From: an uncultured bacterium
GTDB lineage: Bacteria > Auribacterota > Erginobacteria > Erginobacterales > Erginobacteraceae
Reading direction: 5' to 3'
DNA: 64,000 nucleotides
Assembly (NCBI GenBank): GCA_963822585.1
Contig: CAWGIE010000026.1
Location: 352,001-416,000, forward strand
Below are positions 29,489 to 38,523 of the stretch, piece by piece; position 1 is the first letter of the stretch, and the number at the start of each line of letters is the position of its first letter. Below the pieces are notes generated by a model. That model was not told the origin of the DNA. It searched no databases and worked only from the letters and a program-made list of their open reading frames with translations. Made by a program: the position numbers and the translations under genes.

Positions 29489-29567
29489 AGGGATTGGGGA
29501 TTGGGGATTGAGGATTGGGAATTAGAGGGGCATCGGATAATATTGACCATTCCCTAATCCTCAATCG
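29489..29567. repeat. Inverted tandem heptamer repeat (GGGATTG)n / (CAATCC)
   Basis: GGGATTGGGGATTGGGGATTGAGGATTGGGAATTAG ... CCCTAATCCTCAATC. Confidence 0.75.
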
Positions 29568-29975
29568 TTATTTCGCTTTCCTCAGCTTGTTGAGAAGGAA
29601 TTCCCGGTCCCGGGAGACGCTCTCGCTTTTATAGTCGGGGGCCCTTTCCGCTATCAACTCCAGCAGACTGAGGGCCTCATTGAAACGATCGATCACGATC
29701 TGCTTATTGCCCTTGAACTCATTTGCTTTCCCCTCTTCCATCAATGCCAGAGCCTTCGAATACACCAGCTGAGGATCAAATGAGACCACCTCGGTCTGCA
29801 ATTCTCCATTCGTGAACTCCCAGGATTTTTCCAGATAGAGCTTGAGCAGATAGAGGAGCCCGGGGAGAATTACGGCGGTGAGGATGAGGGACACGACCAG
29901 CCGGCGGCTCCGGTGCCGTTTCAGCCGGCGGCTCAATAATGCTGATTTTCGCCCGGTTTGGAAAGGGGGGGCCAT
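29568..29975 (-). CDS. Hypothetical single-TM membrane protein
   Basis: Basic N-terminus, TM segment LVVSLILTAVILPGLLYLL, helical C-terminus; start uncertain. Confidence 0.65.
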   Translation of the reverse strand: MAPPFQTGRKSALLSRRLKRHRSRRLVVSLILTAVILPGLLYLLKLYLEKSWEFTNGELQTEVVSFDPQLVYSKALALMEEGKANEFKGNKQIVIDRFNEALSLLELIAERAPDYKSESVSRDREFLLNKLRKAK

Positions 29976-30004
29976 TTCAGAATGTAGCGCCGGCGGCGCT
30001 ACTA

Positions 30005-30170
30005 CTGACGAAATCCGAATGACGAATGACGAATGAAATCCAAATGACAAATGAACAAATTCCTAATTTCATTTCTGCTCTGCGGCGCGGGCAATGGGGG
30101 CGCATTTGGTCATTTGGTATTTGTTTTTCGTCATTCTTTCGTCATTCGTCATTCAGATTTCGTCATTCAT
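30005..30170. repeat. Inverted tandem heptamer repeat (AATGAC[G/A])n / ([C/G]GTCATT)n
   Basis: GAATGACGAATGACGAATG...CAAATGACAAATG vs TTTGGTCATTTG...TTCGTCATTCGTCATT. Confidence 0.75.
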
Positions 30171-30224
30171 GTTGTTTTCCCTAATTTATTAAAATTTCGA
30201 ATCAGTAAATCAGCCGCCGCTCCC

Positions 30225-30719
30225 CTATTCCCTATTTTTTACCGCCCCCCGTTCCCACCCCAACAGGTACCGCTTCCACTCCAAGCCCGAGCTGAATCCG
30301 CCCAACGATCCATCCGACCTGATCACCCGGTGACAGGGAATCAGCAGGGGCCACGGGTTATCCCCCAGAGCCCCGCCAACCGCTCGGGACGCTCCGGGTA
30401 AACCGATTTCCCGGGCCAGCCGGCCATAGGAGATGGTTTGTCCGAAAGGGACGGTCATCGTCCGTTGCCAGACCAGCCGGCGGAAGGGCGAATGTGCCTT
30501 CAGATCGAGAACAACCCCCTTCAGATCAAGTATACCATACCAATCATCCCCTCCCCGAACCGCTGCCGATGGGTTAATCCGGCCGGGAGGCGCCGAGGGC
30601 AGAGCAAGCCTGGTCAGGACCCCGTTTTCCCACCGGAGCCGGAGCGGTCCCAGCGGCGAAGAGATGATGGCTCGCGCCTTCATTCGCCGGCAAGCGGCAG
30701 GCTCCGCGTCAGAGATCAT
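30225..30719 (-). CDS. ogt: Methylated-DNA--protein-cysteine methyltransferase (start may be MKARA)
   Basis: SPLG, VPFGQTISYG.LA, RAVG.A...NP, IPCHRVI. Confidence 0.92.
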   Translation of the reverse strand: MISDAEPAACRRMKARAIISSPLGPLRLRWENGVLTRLALPSAPPGRINPSAAVRGGDDWYGILDLKGVVLDLKAHSPFRRLVWQRTMTVPFGQTISYGRLAREIGLPGASRAVGGALGDNPWPLLIPCHRVIRSDGSLGGFSSGLEWKRYLLGWERGAVKNRE

Positions 30720-30756
30720 TACTCGGACAGGCTCCTCGTATTTTTCTTCCGATCAT

Positions 30757-32469
30757 TCACGGTGCCAGAAAGGCAATCAGTCCGGCCAGCAGCAACTGGC
30801 TGTCAACCAGCATCTCATGCGTCAAACCGCGATAGATAATCCGCCGGTGATAGAGAGTAAGATAAAAACAGCCATAGACGATAACCGCCAGATACCAGTA
30901 TCCGGAGGAGGTCACCCATCCCCGGGCGGTGCCCAGAATCAGCAACAGCGTGACCAGGACGATGAAACAAAGAAGCATGATCTTGGTCTTCTTCACCCCC
31001 AGAACAACCGGGATGGTCTCCCTGCCAACCAGCCGATCGCCCTGTATATCGCGGATGGCAAACAGGGAAGACCGGACAAACATGATACTGAAGACAAAGA
31101 CAAAAGCCACAACGCCCGAGATGACGGGGACCGCCGGAGCTCCGGTGGAAAAAGCGGGGATCAGGACTGCCAGGACCCCCCAACCCAGGGAACTGAAAAA
31201 TTCCTTCAGCCCGGTCATGTTCTTCAGGCTCCTCCCCGGGAGAATGGTGAAGCTGTAGGCCAACCCGGAAAGAAGAGTGAAGCCGGTCAGAATAAAAGCG
31301 CCGGTTCCCAGAATCACGGCGCAGAAGAAAGCCGTCAGCAGGGAGACCGCGTTCAGCAGATACAGCCCCTTCCGGTGATTGAGAAAAAACCGGTACCGGG
31401 AAGGCTGGTTAAGGAGAATGGCCTGCCGATCGGCAAATATATTCAGGTTATAGATTGCCAGCACGAGACAGAAAGAGAGCAGGACAGCGGGCCATTGGAG
31501 GGGAATGCCCAGAAGACGCATGGAGGCACAGGTCATGCAGGCACCACCGAGGGCGATCAGAATGTCGGCTTTTACGATCAGGGAGAGAGAACGGTAGAGC
31601 CACCCCATCCCCCCTCCCTGTTTCCAGGACCAGCTCCGCAACCTGTCAACCACTTCTTGAATCAACCAGTTCGGCGTGGAAGCCCCCGCCGTAACGCCCA
31701 CCGTCGGGAACCGGCTTAAAGCGGGCAGATCCAGTTCATCGGCTGTTTCAACCTGAAACACGGGAACCCGGTCACCCGCGATCCTGGTCAGACGGGCGGT
31801 GTTGGCGCTGTTCTTGCCTCCGACCACGATCATGGCGTCGACCTTACCGGCGATGTCTACTACCTCCTTCTGACGGTCACGGGTCGAGGCGCAGATGGTT
31901 TCAAAGACCAGGACGTCCCGGAACCGGGCGCGCACGGCGTCGGCGACTTCCCGGTACTCATTACGGTTCTGGGTGGTCTGAGATACCAGACACACCCGAT
32001 CGAGGTTGGGGAGCTCCGCGACCTCTTCCCGGTTCTTGATCACGAACCCCCTGCCCTCCGTGAAACCCAGGATCCCTTCCACCTCCGTGTGTCCCTCATC
32101 CCCGAAGATAACCGTGGCATAACCCCGGCGGGCGTATTTACGCACAATGCCCTGCACCTTCAGAACATCGGGACAGCTCGCGTCGCACAGACTCGCCCCG
32201 GTTGATTTCAATTCGTCTCTGACCCGGGGAGAGATCCCGTGAGCGCTGATAAAAGAGACATCCCCGGGGCGGAAACACGCTATATCCCTGGTTGAGGAGA
32301 TCCCCTTGGAAGAGAGCAGCCCCACGACCTGGGGGTTATGAATAAGGGGACCGTAGGTACGTATCTTTTTCTGGTCCTCCCCCCGGGCCCGGTCCAGGAC
32401 CATTTCCAGAGCCCTCCGTACCCCCATGCAGAAGCCCGCTTTTCTGGCTGTAATAATCTTCACCTTCAT
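30757..32469 (-). CDS. ispH: IspH (HMBPP reductase) fused to a UbiA-like prenyltransferase membrane domain
   Basis: AGFCMGVRRA, LIHN, AHG, DASCP, H.EV, SQTT, TIC.ST, S.NT..L, AGASTP; C-terminal multi-TM region with RDIQGDR.VG.ETIP. Confidence 0.9.
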   Translation of the reverse strand: MKVKIITARKAGFCMGVRRALEMVLDRARGEDQKKIRTYGPLIHNPQVVGLLSSKGISSTRDIACFRPGDVSFISAHGISPRVRDELKSTGASLCDASCPDVLKVQGIVRKYARRGYATVIFGDEGHTEVEGILGFTEGRGFVIKNREEVAELPNLDRVCLVSQTTQNRNEYREVADAVRARFRDVLVFETICASTRDRQKEVVDIAGKVDAMIVVGGKNSANTARLTRIAGDRVPVFQVETADELDLPALSRFPTVGVTAGASTPNWLIQEVVDRLRSWSWKQGGGMGWLYRSLSLIVKADILIALGGACMTCASMRLLGIPLQWPAVLLSFCLVLAIYNLNIFADRQAILLNQPSRYRFFLNHRKGLYLLNAVSLLTAFFCAVILGTGAFILTGFTLLSGLAYSFTILPGRSLKNMTGLKEFFSSLGWGVLAVLIPAFSTGAPAVPVISGVVAFVFVFSIMFVRSSLFAIRDIQGDRLVGRETIPVVLGVKKTKIMLLCFIVLVTLLLILGTARGWVTSSGYWYLAVIVYGCFYLTLYHRRIIYRGLTHEMLVDSQLLLAGLIAFLAP

Positions 32470-32479
32470 TCTCCTCTTC

Positions 32480-32526
32480 ACCCGGATCATTCATGAAAAT
32501 TTTCAATTTTCATGAATGATCCGGGT
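32480..32526. repeat. Perfect palindrome (22-bp arms) directly upstream of the ispH RBS
   Basis: ACCCGGATCATTCATGAAAATT-TTC-AATTTTCATGAATGATCCGGGT; related copy at 34722-34770. Confidence 0.85.
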
Positions 32527-32886
32527 TACTAATTATCGTTCACTGTATTGCGAATAGCAATCTTGTTTATGCGGCGTCGGCACTCTCCTTTTTCCTCTCC
32601 GAAAGGGCACTGTGTCAGTCTCCTGTTAACGCTGCCGGCAGAAGTAGACCTTTGGCTGCAATTCATTGCCGGAGAATTTGATGAAATTACTGTCTTTTCG
32701 TGTGGCTGTTTAAGCACGCTTGGTCATGGTTCATAACTAACCTGATTTACGCCTGCCGGTTGGCTGGCACAATTCAGATTACGACACGTAAAAATATATT
32801 CATTTTCGCTGAATCCATGTTATCCTTTCCTCACGTCCGTACCATAGGAACGCTCCTTATTTTTCAACCGGAGTTCTAAAAATCAC

Positions 32887-33882
32887 ATGCCTGACTTTAT
32901 CGAAGACATCATACGGAAGGCGCGGTCCCTCAACAAAAGAATCATTCTTCCCGAAGGGAACGATCCCCGGATCCTGGAGGCGGCGAAATTGATTACCGGG
33001 GGCAAGATCGCCCGCCTGGTTCTTCTGGGTGATGATGATAAAATCCGGTCGTCACTGGAGGGGCTGGGGGTTGAAAGCTCCTCTCTTGACATCATCAACC
33101 CGGGAACATCCCCCCGGCTTGAAACCTACGCGGCCGCGTTGTACGACCTGCGCAAACAAAAAGGGTTGACTCACGAAGACGCCCGGCGAATGGTGCGGAA
33201 TCCGGTGTATTTCGGGACCATGATGATCAAGTCCGGAGAAGCCGATGGGATGGTGGCGGGGGCCGCGGAATTCACCGCCGACATCATCCGTCCCGCCCTC
33301 CAGATCATCAGGACCGTTGCCGGGATCAGGACCGCCTCCGCCATGTTCTTCATCATCAAAGATGGGCGGACATACATCTTCGCCGACTGCGGCCTCAATA
33401 AGAACCCGGGCCCGGAACAACTGGCGGACATCGCTTTCTCCACCGCCCTGACCGCCCGTTTATTCGGGATAACGCCGCGAATCGCCATGCTCTGCTATTC
33501 AACCTGGGGATCCAGCAAAGGCGAGGAAGTCACCAAGATGGCCGCCGCCACCATACTGGCCGGGGAAAGACTGAAGGCGGATTTTCCGGGAGAATTCGTC
33601 ATCGACGGGGAGCTGCAATTCGACGCGGCTTTTGTCCCCGATGTCGCTCGAATAAAATGTCCGGGAAGCCCCCTCCAGGGGAAGGCAAATGTGTTTATCT
33701 TCCCCGATCTGGGCGCCGGCAACATCGCCTACAAGCTGGCCCACCGGTTCGCCGGAGCAAATGCTTACGGTCCGATCCTGCAGGGGATCAACCGACCGAT
33801 CAATGATCTCTCCCGGGGATGCTCCAGCCAGGACATCATGGTCACCGTCGCCATTACCGCCATCCAGGCCCAGGTGCGGTAA
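32887..33882 (+). CDS. pta: Phosphate acetyltransferase (short class)
   Basis: IILPEG.D.RIL.AA, FADCG.N.NP, IDGELQFDAA, FIFPDL.AGNI.YK, GPILQG...P.NDLSRGC. Confidence 0.95.
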   Translation: MPDFIEDIIRKARSLNKRIILPEGNDPRILEAAKLITGGKIARLVLLGDDDKIRSSLEGLGVESSSLDIINPGTSPRLETYAAALYDLRKQKGLTHEDARRMVRNPVYFGTMMIKSGEADGMVAGAAEFTADIIRPALQIIRTVAGIRTASAMFFIIKDGRTYIFADCGLNKNPGPEQLADIAFSTALTARLFGITPRIAMLCYSTWGSSKGEEVTKMAAATILAGERLKADFPGEFVIDGELQFDAAFVPDVARIKCPGSPLQGKANVFIFPDLGAGNIAYKLAHRFAGANAYGPILQGINRPINDLSRGCSSQDIMVTVAITAIQAQVR

Positions 33883-33914
33883 AGCCGGAGAGGAGAAAGA
33901 TACCTCCTTCTTTT

Positions 33915-34709
33915 CTAAATCTCCCCGGATTCGTATCCGCTGAAGGGAACCCACATACTCTTTTCGGTCTCGATGATCGTGGTATATGGATGGAGCATTC
34001 CGTAATTAACGCAGCGGACGGCATACCAGTCGATCTCAGGGTTGCTCGCCAGTTCATCTTTGATTTCATCGGTTACGATGACAGAGGATTTTGACTGAGA
34101 ATGAACCATTTTGATGACATGGGCCTGATCATCCGGAGTCAGAAACGAATAAACCGGAGCAAGCGCATGGCGATCGACCATTTCAACCAGATCTTCCGGG
34201 AAAAAATCTTTCCGGGAATGAATCTCCAGGCTGACCACGCTCAGCTGGCCAAACACTCCCCCCGCTTCTTTCATCATTGAGCCGGGATACGTGGTAATGA
34301 CAGGAATTTCTATCCGGAACATGATCTTGCCATTCTGATCCGCTGTAGAAGCCTTAGCGGCATAGGAACACTGGTATTTAACCAAACACTTCTCCCGGGA
34401 GACCGGGGTTATCTTTTCAACGAAGAATGGATACTGAAACTCAGCCCTGACCATGGACGCATTCAATTCGGCGAGATAAACCAGGATGTTGGTCCGAACT
34501 GTGTCGGCACCAATCCGATCCCGGTGACGGTGAATTATCTGGATGAATTTATCGATCCAGCGTGCCTCAAACTCCTGCATAATCCGGGCTTGAATCGAGA
34601 TGTCGGCGATGGTGTATTGTCCCTCGGGATTGTTCCGGGAAGAGACCCGAATCGGAAACGGCAGGGAACTTAATCCCACATCCATTAAAAATCTTTTTTC
34701 TTCGATCAT
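33915..34709 (-). CDS. FolE2 (GTP cyclohydrolase IB)-like protein with degenerate catalytic motifs
   Basis: DVG...LPFPI, F.YPFF.EK.TPVS, EDLV; canonical T.CP, H.QR, FVED and ESIH appear as TTYP, FGQL, SSVI and GMLH. Confidence 0.75.
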   Translation of the reverse strand: MIEEKRFLMDVGLSSLPFPIRVSSRNNPEGQYTIADISIQARIMQEFEARWIDKFIQIIHRHRDRIGADTVRTNILVYLAELNASMVRAEFQYPFFVEKITPVSREKCLVKYQCSYAAKASTADQNGKIMFRIEIPVITTYPGSMMKEAGGVFGQLSVVSLEIHSRKDFFPEDLVEMVDRHALAPVYSFLTPDDQAHVIKMVHSQSKSSVIVTDEIKDELASNPEIDWYAVRCVNYGMLHPYTTIIETEKSMWVPFSGYESGEI

Positions 34710-34721
34710 TTTTTCCTCCTC

Positions 34722-34770
34722 AGCGTGGATGATTCCTGAAAATTGAAAATTTCCATGAATCATCCAGGCT
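34722..34770. repeat. Imperfect palindrome related to 32480-32526, directly upstream of an RBS
   Basis: AGCGTGGATGATTCCTGAAAATT-GAA-AATTTCCATGAATCATCCAGGCT. Confidence 0.8.
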
Positions 34771-34809
34771 ACTACTCGTTTGTGATTTATGTAATTCCCG
34801 AAGCATTAT

Positions 34810-35883
34810 TCAGTAAAATCCTTGACGGCCGATCTTGACCGACTCACGAGCCATTATCTCCCAATACCGGTACGGCAGGCCCAACACCTGGATCCGTGAG
34901 TCCCCCCTTGTAAAAAACTCTTCTCTCCCTTTTGGAATAGGTTCATCAGGAAGAGACACGCCCAGAAAAATCAGCTTCTCACATAAATCAACAACCAGAC
35001 TCCGGGCAGCTTCTATCATTTCACTAAAAAACACGATCGCATCGATACCGTCCAGAGCAGAAATAAACGCTCCAAGATATTTCAAAAGCCGGTATCGATA
35101 AAGATCCCGGATCGCGGCAACTTCTGGATCGGATATTTCCCGCAACAAATCCGCGAATGAACAGTGTTTTCCCCGTAGCCCACTAAAGCCGCTTTCCCGG
35201 GTGAGTAACCGGTTAATTTCTTCAAAGGAAAATCCCGCCGACCGGAGTTGAAAAATAATGGTCGAATCGATGCTTCCACAGCTAACGGCGGATGGCATTC
35301 CTTCCATCGGGGTAAAACCGATGCTTGTCTCAATAGCCTTTCCTTCCCGAATGGCCGCCACATTGGTATTATTCCCCAGATAGACGCTGATAACCCGATC
35401 CGCCCGATCCCCCAGAAATTGCCGGACCTGCCGCCATGCCCAGCAATGCCCCACACCGTTTCCCCCATATTTACGGATCCCGTTTTTTCGCAACTGAAAA
35501 GGCAACGCATACGTGCTCACTCGCGACGGAAGATCGGTGAAGAAAGCAGTGTCACAAAAAAGAAGGTGCCTGGCCTTCGGGGCTCGATCAAGTCCATACC
35601 GGACGACTTTTCCGGTCATGTCGTTATATTCCGGCAACAAGCCGAGACACCGGGACAACCGGGACAGCGTACTGTTGTCAATCCGGGAGACGGTTTCTCT
35701 GAATTCCTCTCCCCCCTGATAGAGCTTATAGCCGACGGCTTCCGCGCGGGCCAGATCGGGAAATTCAGTATCCATTTCTCGGGACCAATCAGGACCGAAA
35801 GGGCAAGATCCCTCAACGAACACCTCCCCCTTCATCTTACACCATTTTAGAACAGGAGGAGCGGGATCAAATAACGCTATCAT
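34810..35883 (-). CDS. Degenerate acetate-kinase-fold protein
   Basis: DTAFF, YALP, IRKYG, TSIGFTPMEG, ESG..G retained; NxGSSS, HR..HGG, PLHN, GFHG and HLG lost. Confidence 0.8.
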   Translation of the reverse strand: MIALFDPAPPVLKWCKMKGEVFVEGSCPFGPDWSREMDTEFPDLARAEAVGYKLYQGGEEFRETVSRIDNSTLSRLSRCLGLLPEYNDMTGKVVRYGLDRAPKARHLLFCDTAFFTDLPSRVSTYALPFQLRKNGIRKYGGNGVGHCWAWRQVRQFLGDRADRVISVYLGNNTNVAAIREGKAIETSIGFTPMEGMPSAVSCGSIDSTIIFQLRSAGFSFEEINRLLTRESGFSGLRGKHCSFADLLREISDPEVAAIRDLYRYRLLKYLGAFISALDGIDAIVFFSEMIEAARSLVVDLCEKLIFLGVSLPDEPIPKGREEFFTRGDSRIQVLGLPYRYWEIMARESVKIGRQGFY

Positions 35884-37114
35884 CGCTTTCTCCCATCAAT
35901 TTGAGACCTTCACGGCAGATAATCAATTCCTCCTCCGGAGGAATGACGAGAATCTCCACCCGGGAATCTTCGGCGCCGCATCGAAATACCACTCCGGGGT
36001 CACCGTGCCGGTTCCGCTCATGGTCCAGTTTTATCCCCAGCCATTCCATCCCCGCGCACACTTTCTCACGCACCAGGGGATTGCGCACACCGATATCATC
36101 CGTAAAAACCAGGACATCGGTTCCCCCCAGTATCGCCCCATAGCTCCCTATATACTTTTTCAGACGATGAATATACATCTCGAAAGCGAGGCGCGCCTGC
36201 TTCGCCTCCAATCCGGTGAACCGGTCGATCAGATCCCGGATATCGCTGGAGAAATCGCTCACACCCAGTAATCCGCTTTTTTTATTCAGTATTTGCTCAA
36301 GTTGATCCAGGCCATAACCATAGATAGTCATCAGATACACCGTCACCATGGGATCGATATCCCCGCAGCGGGTGCTCATAATCAGCCCCGATAAAGGGGA
36401 GTATCCCATGGACGTATCGACGGAACGACCATCCTTGATGGCCGCCACACTGGCGCCGCCGGTCCCGAGATGGCAGGCAATGATTTTCGTTCCGTCCGGA
36501 CCCCCTCCCAGATAGCGGGAGGTTTCCCTGACAACATGTTGATACGAGAGCCCGTGGAAACCATATTTGCGAAACCCGAATTGATCAACGATTTTCCGGG
36601 GCAACGCATACGCATACGCGGGCGGGGGGAGATCGGCATGGAAAGCCGTATCGAATGAAACATACTGGGGCAGATCGGGAAAAGAACGGTCACATTCCAG
36701 GATCACACTCAGGGAGAAAGGGTTATGAATCGGGGCCAGGGGGAGGCAACGGCGAAGTCCCTCCCTGACCTCCTGATCAAGCCATGCCGAATCCCGGAAC
36801 AAACTCCCTCCATGAGCAAAACGATGACCCAGATAATCGATTTGTATGTCCTTTGCCCGGACAAAGCGCGCGACACGGGCCGCGGCCTCACCATGCGTGT
36901 TGACCGGCTGGCGATCCACTTCCCGTTCCCCCGAAAACCGATACTCGATGAAAGACGGGGCGCTCCCCCGCACACCAACCCGGTGTGCCTTTACGGACAG
37001 AATCGGCACGATCCCGTCCGAACCGTCTACGGAGAACGCTTTGCAGGTTAAAGAAGAACTCCCGCAGTTAAAAATCAAGATATTCTTCATCCGGGGATCT
37101 GCCGTATTACCCAT
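35867..37114 (-). CDS. ackA: Acetate kinase with atypical HLGTGG and FTDDIG loops
   Basis: NCGSSSL, GHRFAHGG, LAPIHN, FDTAFH, YGFHGLS, DTSMG, TRCGDIDP, SGLLG, EE. Confidence 0.9.
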   Translation of the reverse strand: MGNTADPRMKNILIFNCGSSSLTCKAFSVDGSDGIVPILSVKAHRVGVRGSAPSFIEYRFSGEREVDRQPVNTHGEAAARVARFVRAKDIQIDYLGHRFAHGGSLFRDSAWLDQEVREGLRRCLPLAPIHNPFSLSVILECDRSFPDLPQYVSFDTAFHADLPPPAYAYALPRKIVDQFGFRKYGFHGLSYQHVVRETSRYLGGGPDGTKIIACHLGTGGASVAAIKDGRSVDTSMGYSPLSGLIMSTRCGDIDPMVTVYLMTIYGYGLDQLEQILNKKSGLLGVSDFSSDIRDLIDRFTGLEAKQARLAFEMYIHRLKKYIGSYGAILGGTDVLVFTDDIGVRNPLVREKVCAGMEWLGIKLDHERNRHGDPGVVFRCGAEDSRVEILVIPPEEELIICREGLKLMGESDDSVI

Positions 37115-37134
37115 CCTCCGGCAGGAATTTATTA

Positions 37135-37287
37135 GAACTTAGCCCTCGCTTCGCTCGGGTAACTAAAAAACTACGAATTTCGCGAATTCCGCGAATTTAT
37201 TTTAAAATATCCCTGCAATCTCGATTCAATACTTGCACATTCTTATTTTTCCGGAGGAAAAATAAGATTATTGAAATTCCGAAACAG
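37135..37287. repeat. About 150-bp intergenic element, copy 1
   Basis: Collinear with 39668-39867: GAACTTAGCCCTCGC, AAAACTACGAATT, AAATATCCCTGCA, TTCAAT.CTTGCACATTC.TATTTTT, GATTATTGAAAT.CCGAA.CAG. Confidence 0.85.
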
Positions 37288-37490
37288 CAAGTTAGCGCCT
37301 CCGGCGCAACTCGGTCAGGGCAACGGTAACGAGGCCCAGCCTGCCCCAGTAGTTACCGGGGTTTCGTTTGTCGGTTACGTGCGCCCGGCGCAGCGGCCGT
37401 TACCCTAACCCTCACCGATACCTCGATGAATCGGGGCAGGCTGGGCTTCGTTACCCTTACCGTTGCCTTTTATTGAAATTCCGATACGAG
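37288..37490. repeat. Second tandem element with long internal inverted repeat
   Basis: GTTAGCGCCTCCGGCGCAAC start; GGCAACGGTAACGAGGCCCAGCCTGCCCC ... GGGGCAGGCTGGGCTTCGTTACCCTTACCGTTGCC; TATTGAAATTCCGA end. Confidence 0.8.
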
Positions 37491-37540
37491 GATGGTACTG
37501 TATCCGGTGTTAATTGAAAAACAATAAATGATCGTTCCTG

Positions 37541-38308
37541 TTGCGAACTAAAGTGAAATTAACTCCTGCCCGATTCCCTATTTTGACAGCGATGCTTTCT
37601 GCCGCCTTATTTTTACTCCCGGTCCGGGGGCGGACAGAACCGGAATACCTTGTTCTGGAAGCCGGAGATCCCGCCGGCGATCAGGAGAATATCTGCGATC
37701 ATGACACTCCGCCGGCCGGTGGTGATCTTCGAGGCGCCCGGCTGGTGCTGAGAAAAATACCCGTCTCCCGCGGACCGCAAACGGACGGCGAACAATCGGA
37801 GTGCGTCTATCTTCCGGTCGAACTGAGTGTGGAGATCGAGAAAACCCTGACCGGAGGAGAGGTCCAGCTCTGTATCTTCATCCACCTTCCGCCGATCGAC
37901 ATCGAAGATATAATCAGCCGGGACTCCATCCTGACCGGGGAGCCTCCCGGAGAGGAAAGAATCGTTCTCGCGACTCAGTCGGAAGTTTCTCTCTTCACGG
38001 GGATGGAGAAGGTCTGGGATGACGAGGTGACCGCCTTTAAGAATTCCGCCACCTTTCAAAACTGTTATTTCGCGGCGCCCCCCGAAGAGCGGGCCGAGGC
38101 CATCAGGGAAGCGGGAAAATTTTCAATTCATCAAGGCGCCACCTACCGTTTCCCTCCTTCCCCCTCATTTTACTGGCGGGACATTCCTTCCCTGACCATC
38201 AGCACATCGCTGATCGTCAGGGAACTGGATGGTTTAACCGTACGTGGCTTCCGGGGTCTGGTCAATGATACCATGGAGGCGGACTGGATAAAAGTCACGG
38301 AATATTGA
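37541..38308 (+). CDS. Hypothetical secreted protein
   Basis: 255-aa ORF with signal-peptide-like N-terminus filling the gap; start uncertain. Confidence 0.6.
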   Translation: MRTKVKLTPARFPILTAMLSAALFLLPVRGRTEPEYLVLEAGDPAGDQENICDHDTPPAGGDLRGARLVLRKIPVSRGPQTDGEQSECVYLPVELSVEIEKTLTGGEVQLCIFIHLPPIDIEDIISRDSILTGEPPGEERIVLATQSEVSLFTGMEKVWDDEVTAFKNSATFQNCYFAAPPEERAEAIREAGKFSIHQGATYRFPPSPSFYWRDIPSLTISTSLIVRELDGLTVRGFRGLVNDTMEADWIKVTEY

Positions 38309-38523
38309 TGAGCGGTGGACCCGAACCACGCCGATAGGTTATTATTTTCCGCCCCAGTGTATAATTTTAGGATTGACAAAACAGGCCATGCCTTACTACG
38401 TTATTAAGCTGAACCCTGTCTGAAAAGATCTTTGAACTTTTCTATTCAGCTCCGGTTAACACCTTCGGGGCGACTGGGATCATGAATTTGACTTCATCGA
38501 ATATCGGAAAAGGAGCTGCGCGT

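Noticed and set aside
30433..31719. 428-aa plus-strand ORF
   Set aside because: Antisense to ogt and ispH, with no recognisable motifs
32530..32880. Riboswitch in the ispH/pta divergent region
   Set aside because: No known aptamer consensus recognisable by eye; an Rfam scan would be needed
37288..37310. Integron attC interpretation of GTTAG...AAC hairpins
   Set aside because: The order is GTT...AAC rather than RYYYAAC...GTTRRRY, the sites are too short, they flank core genes, and there is no intI
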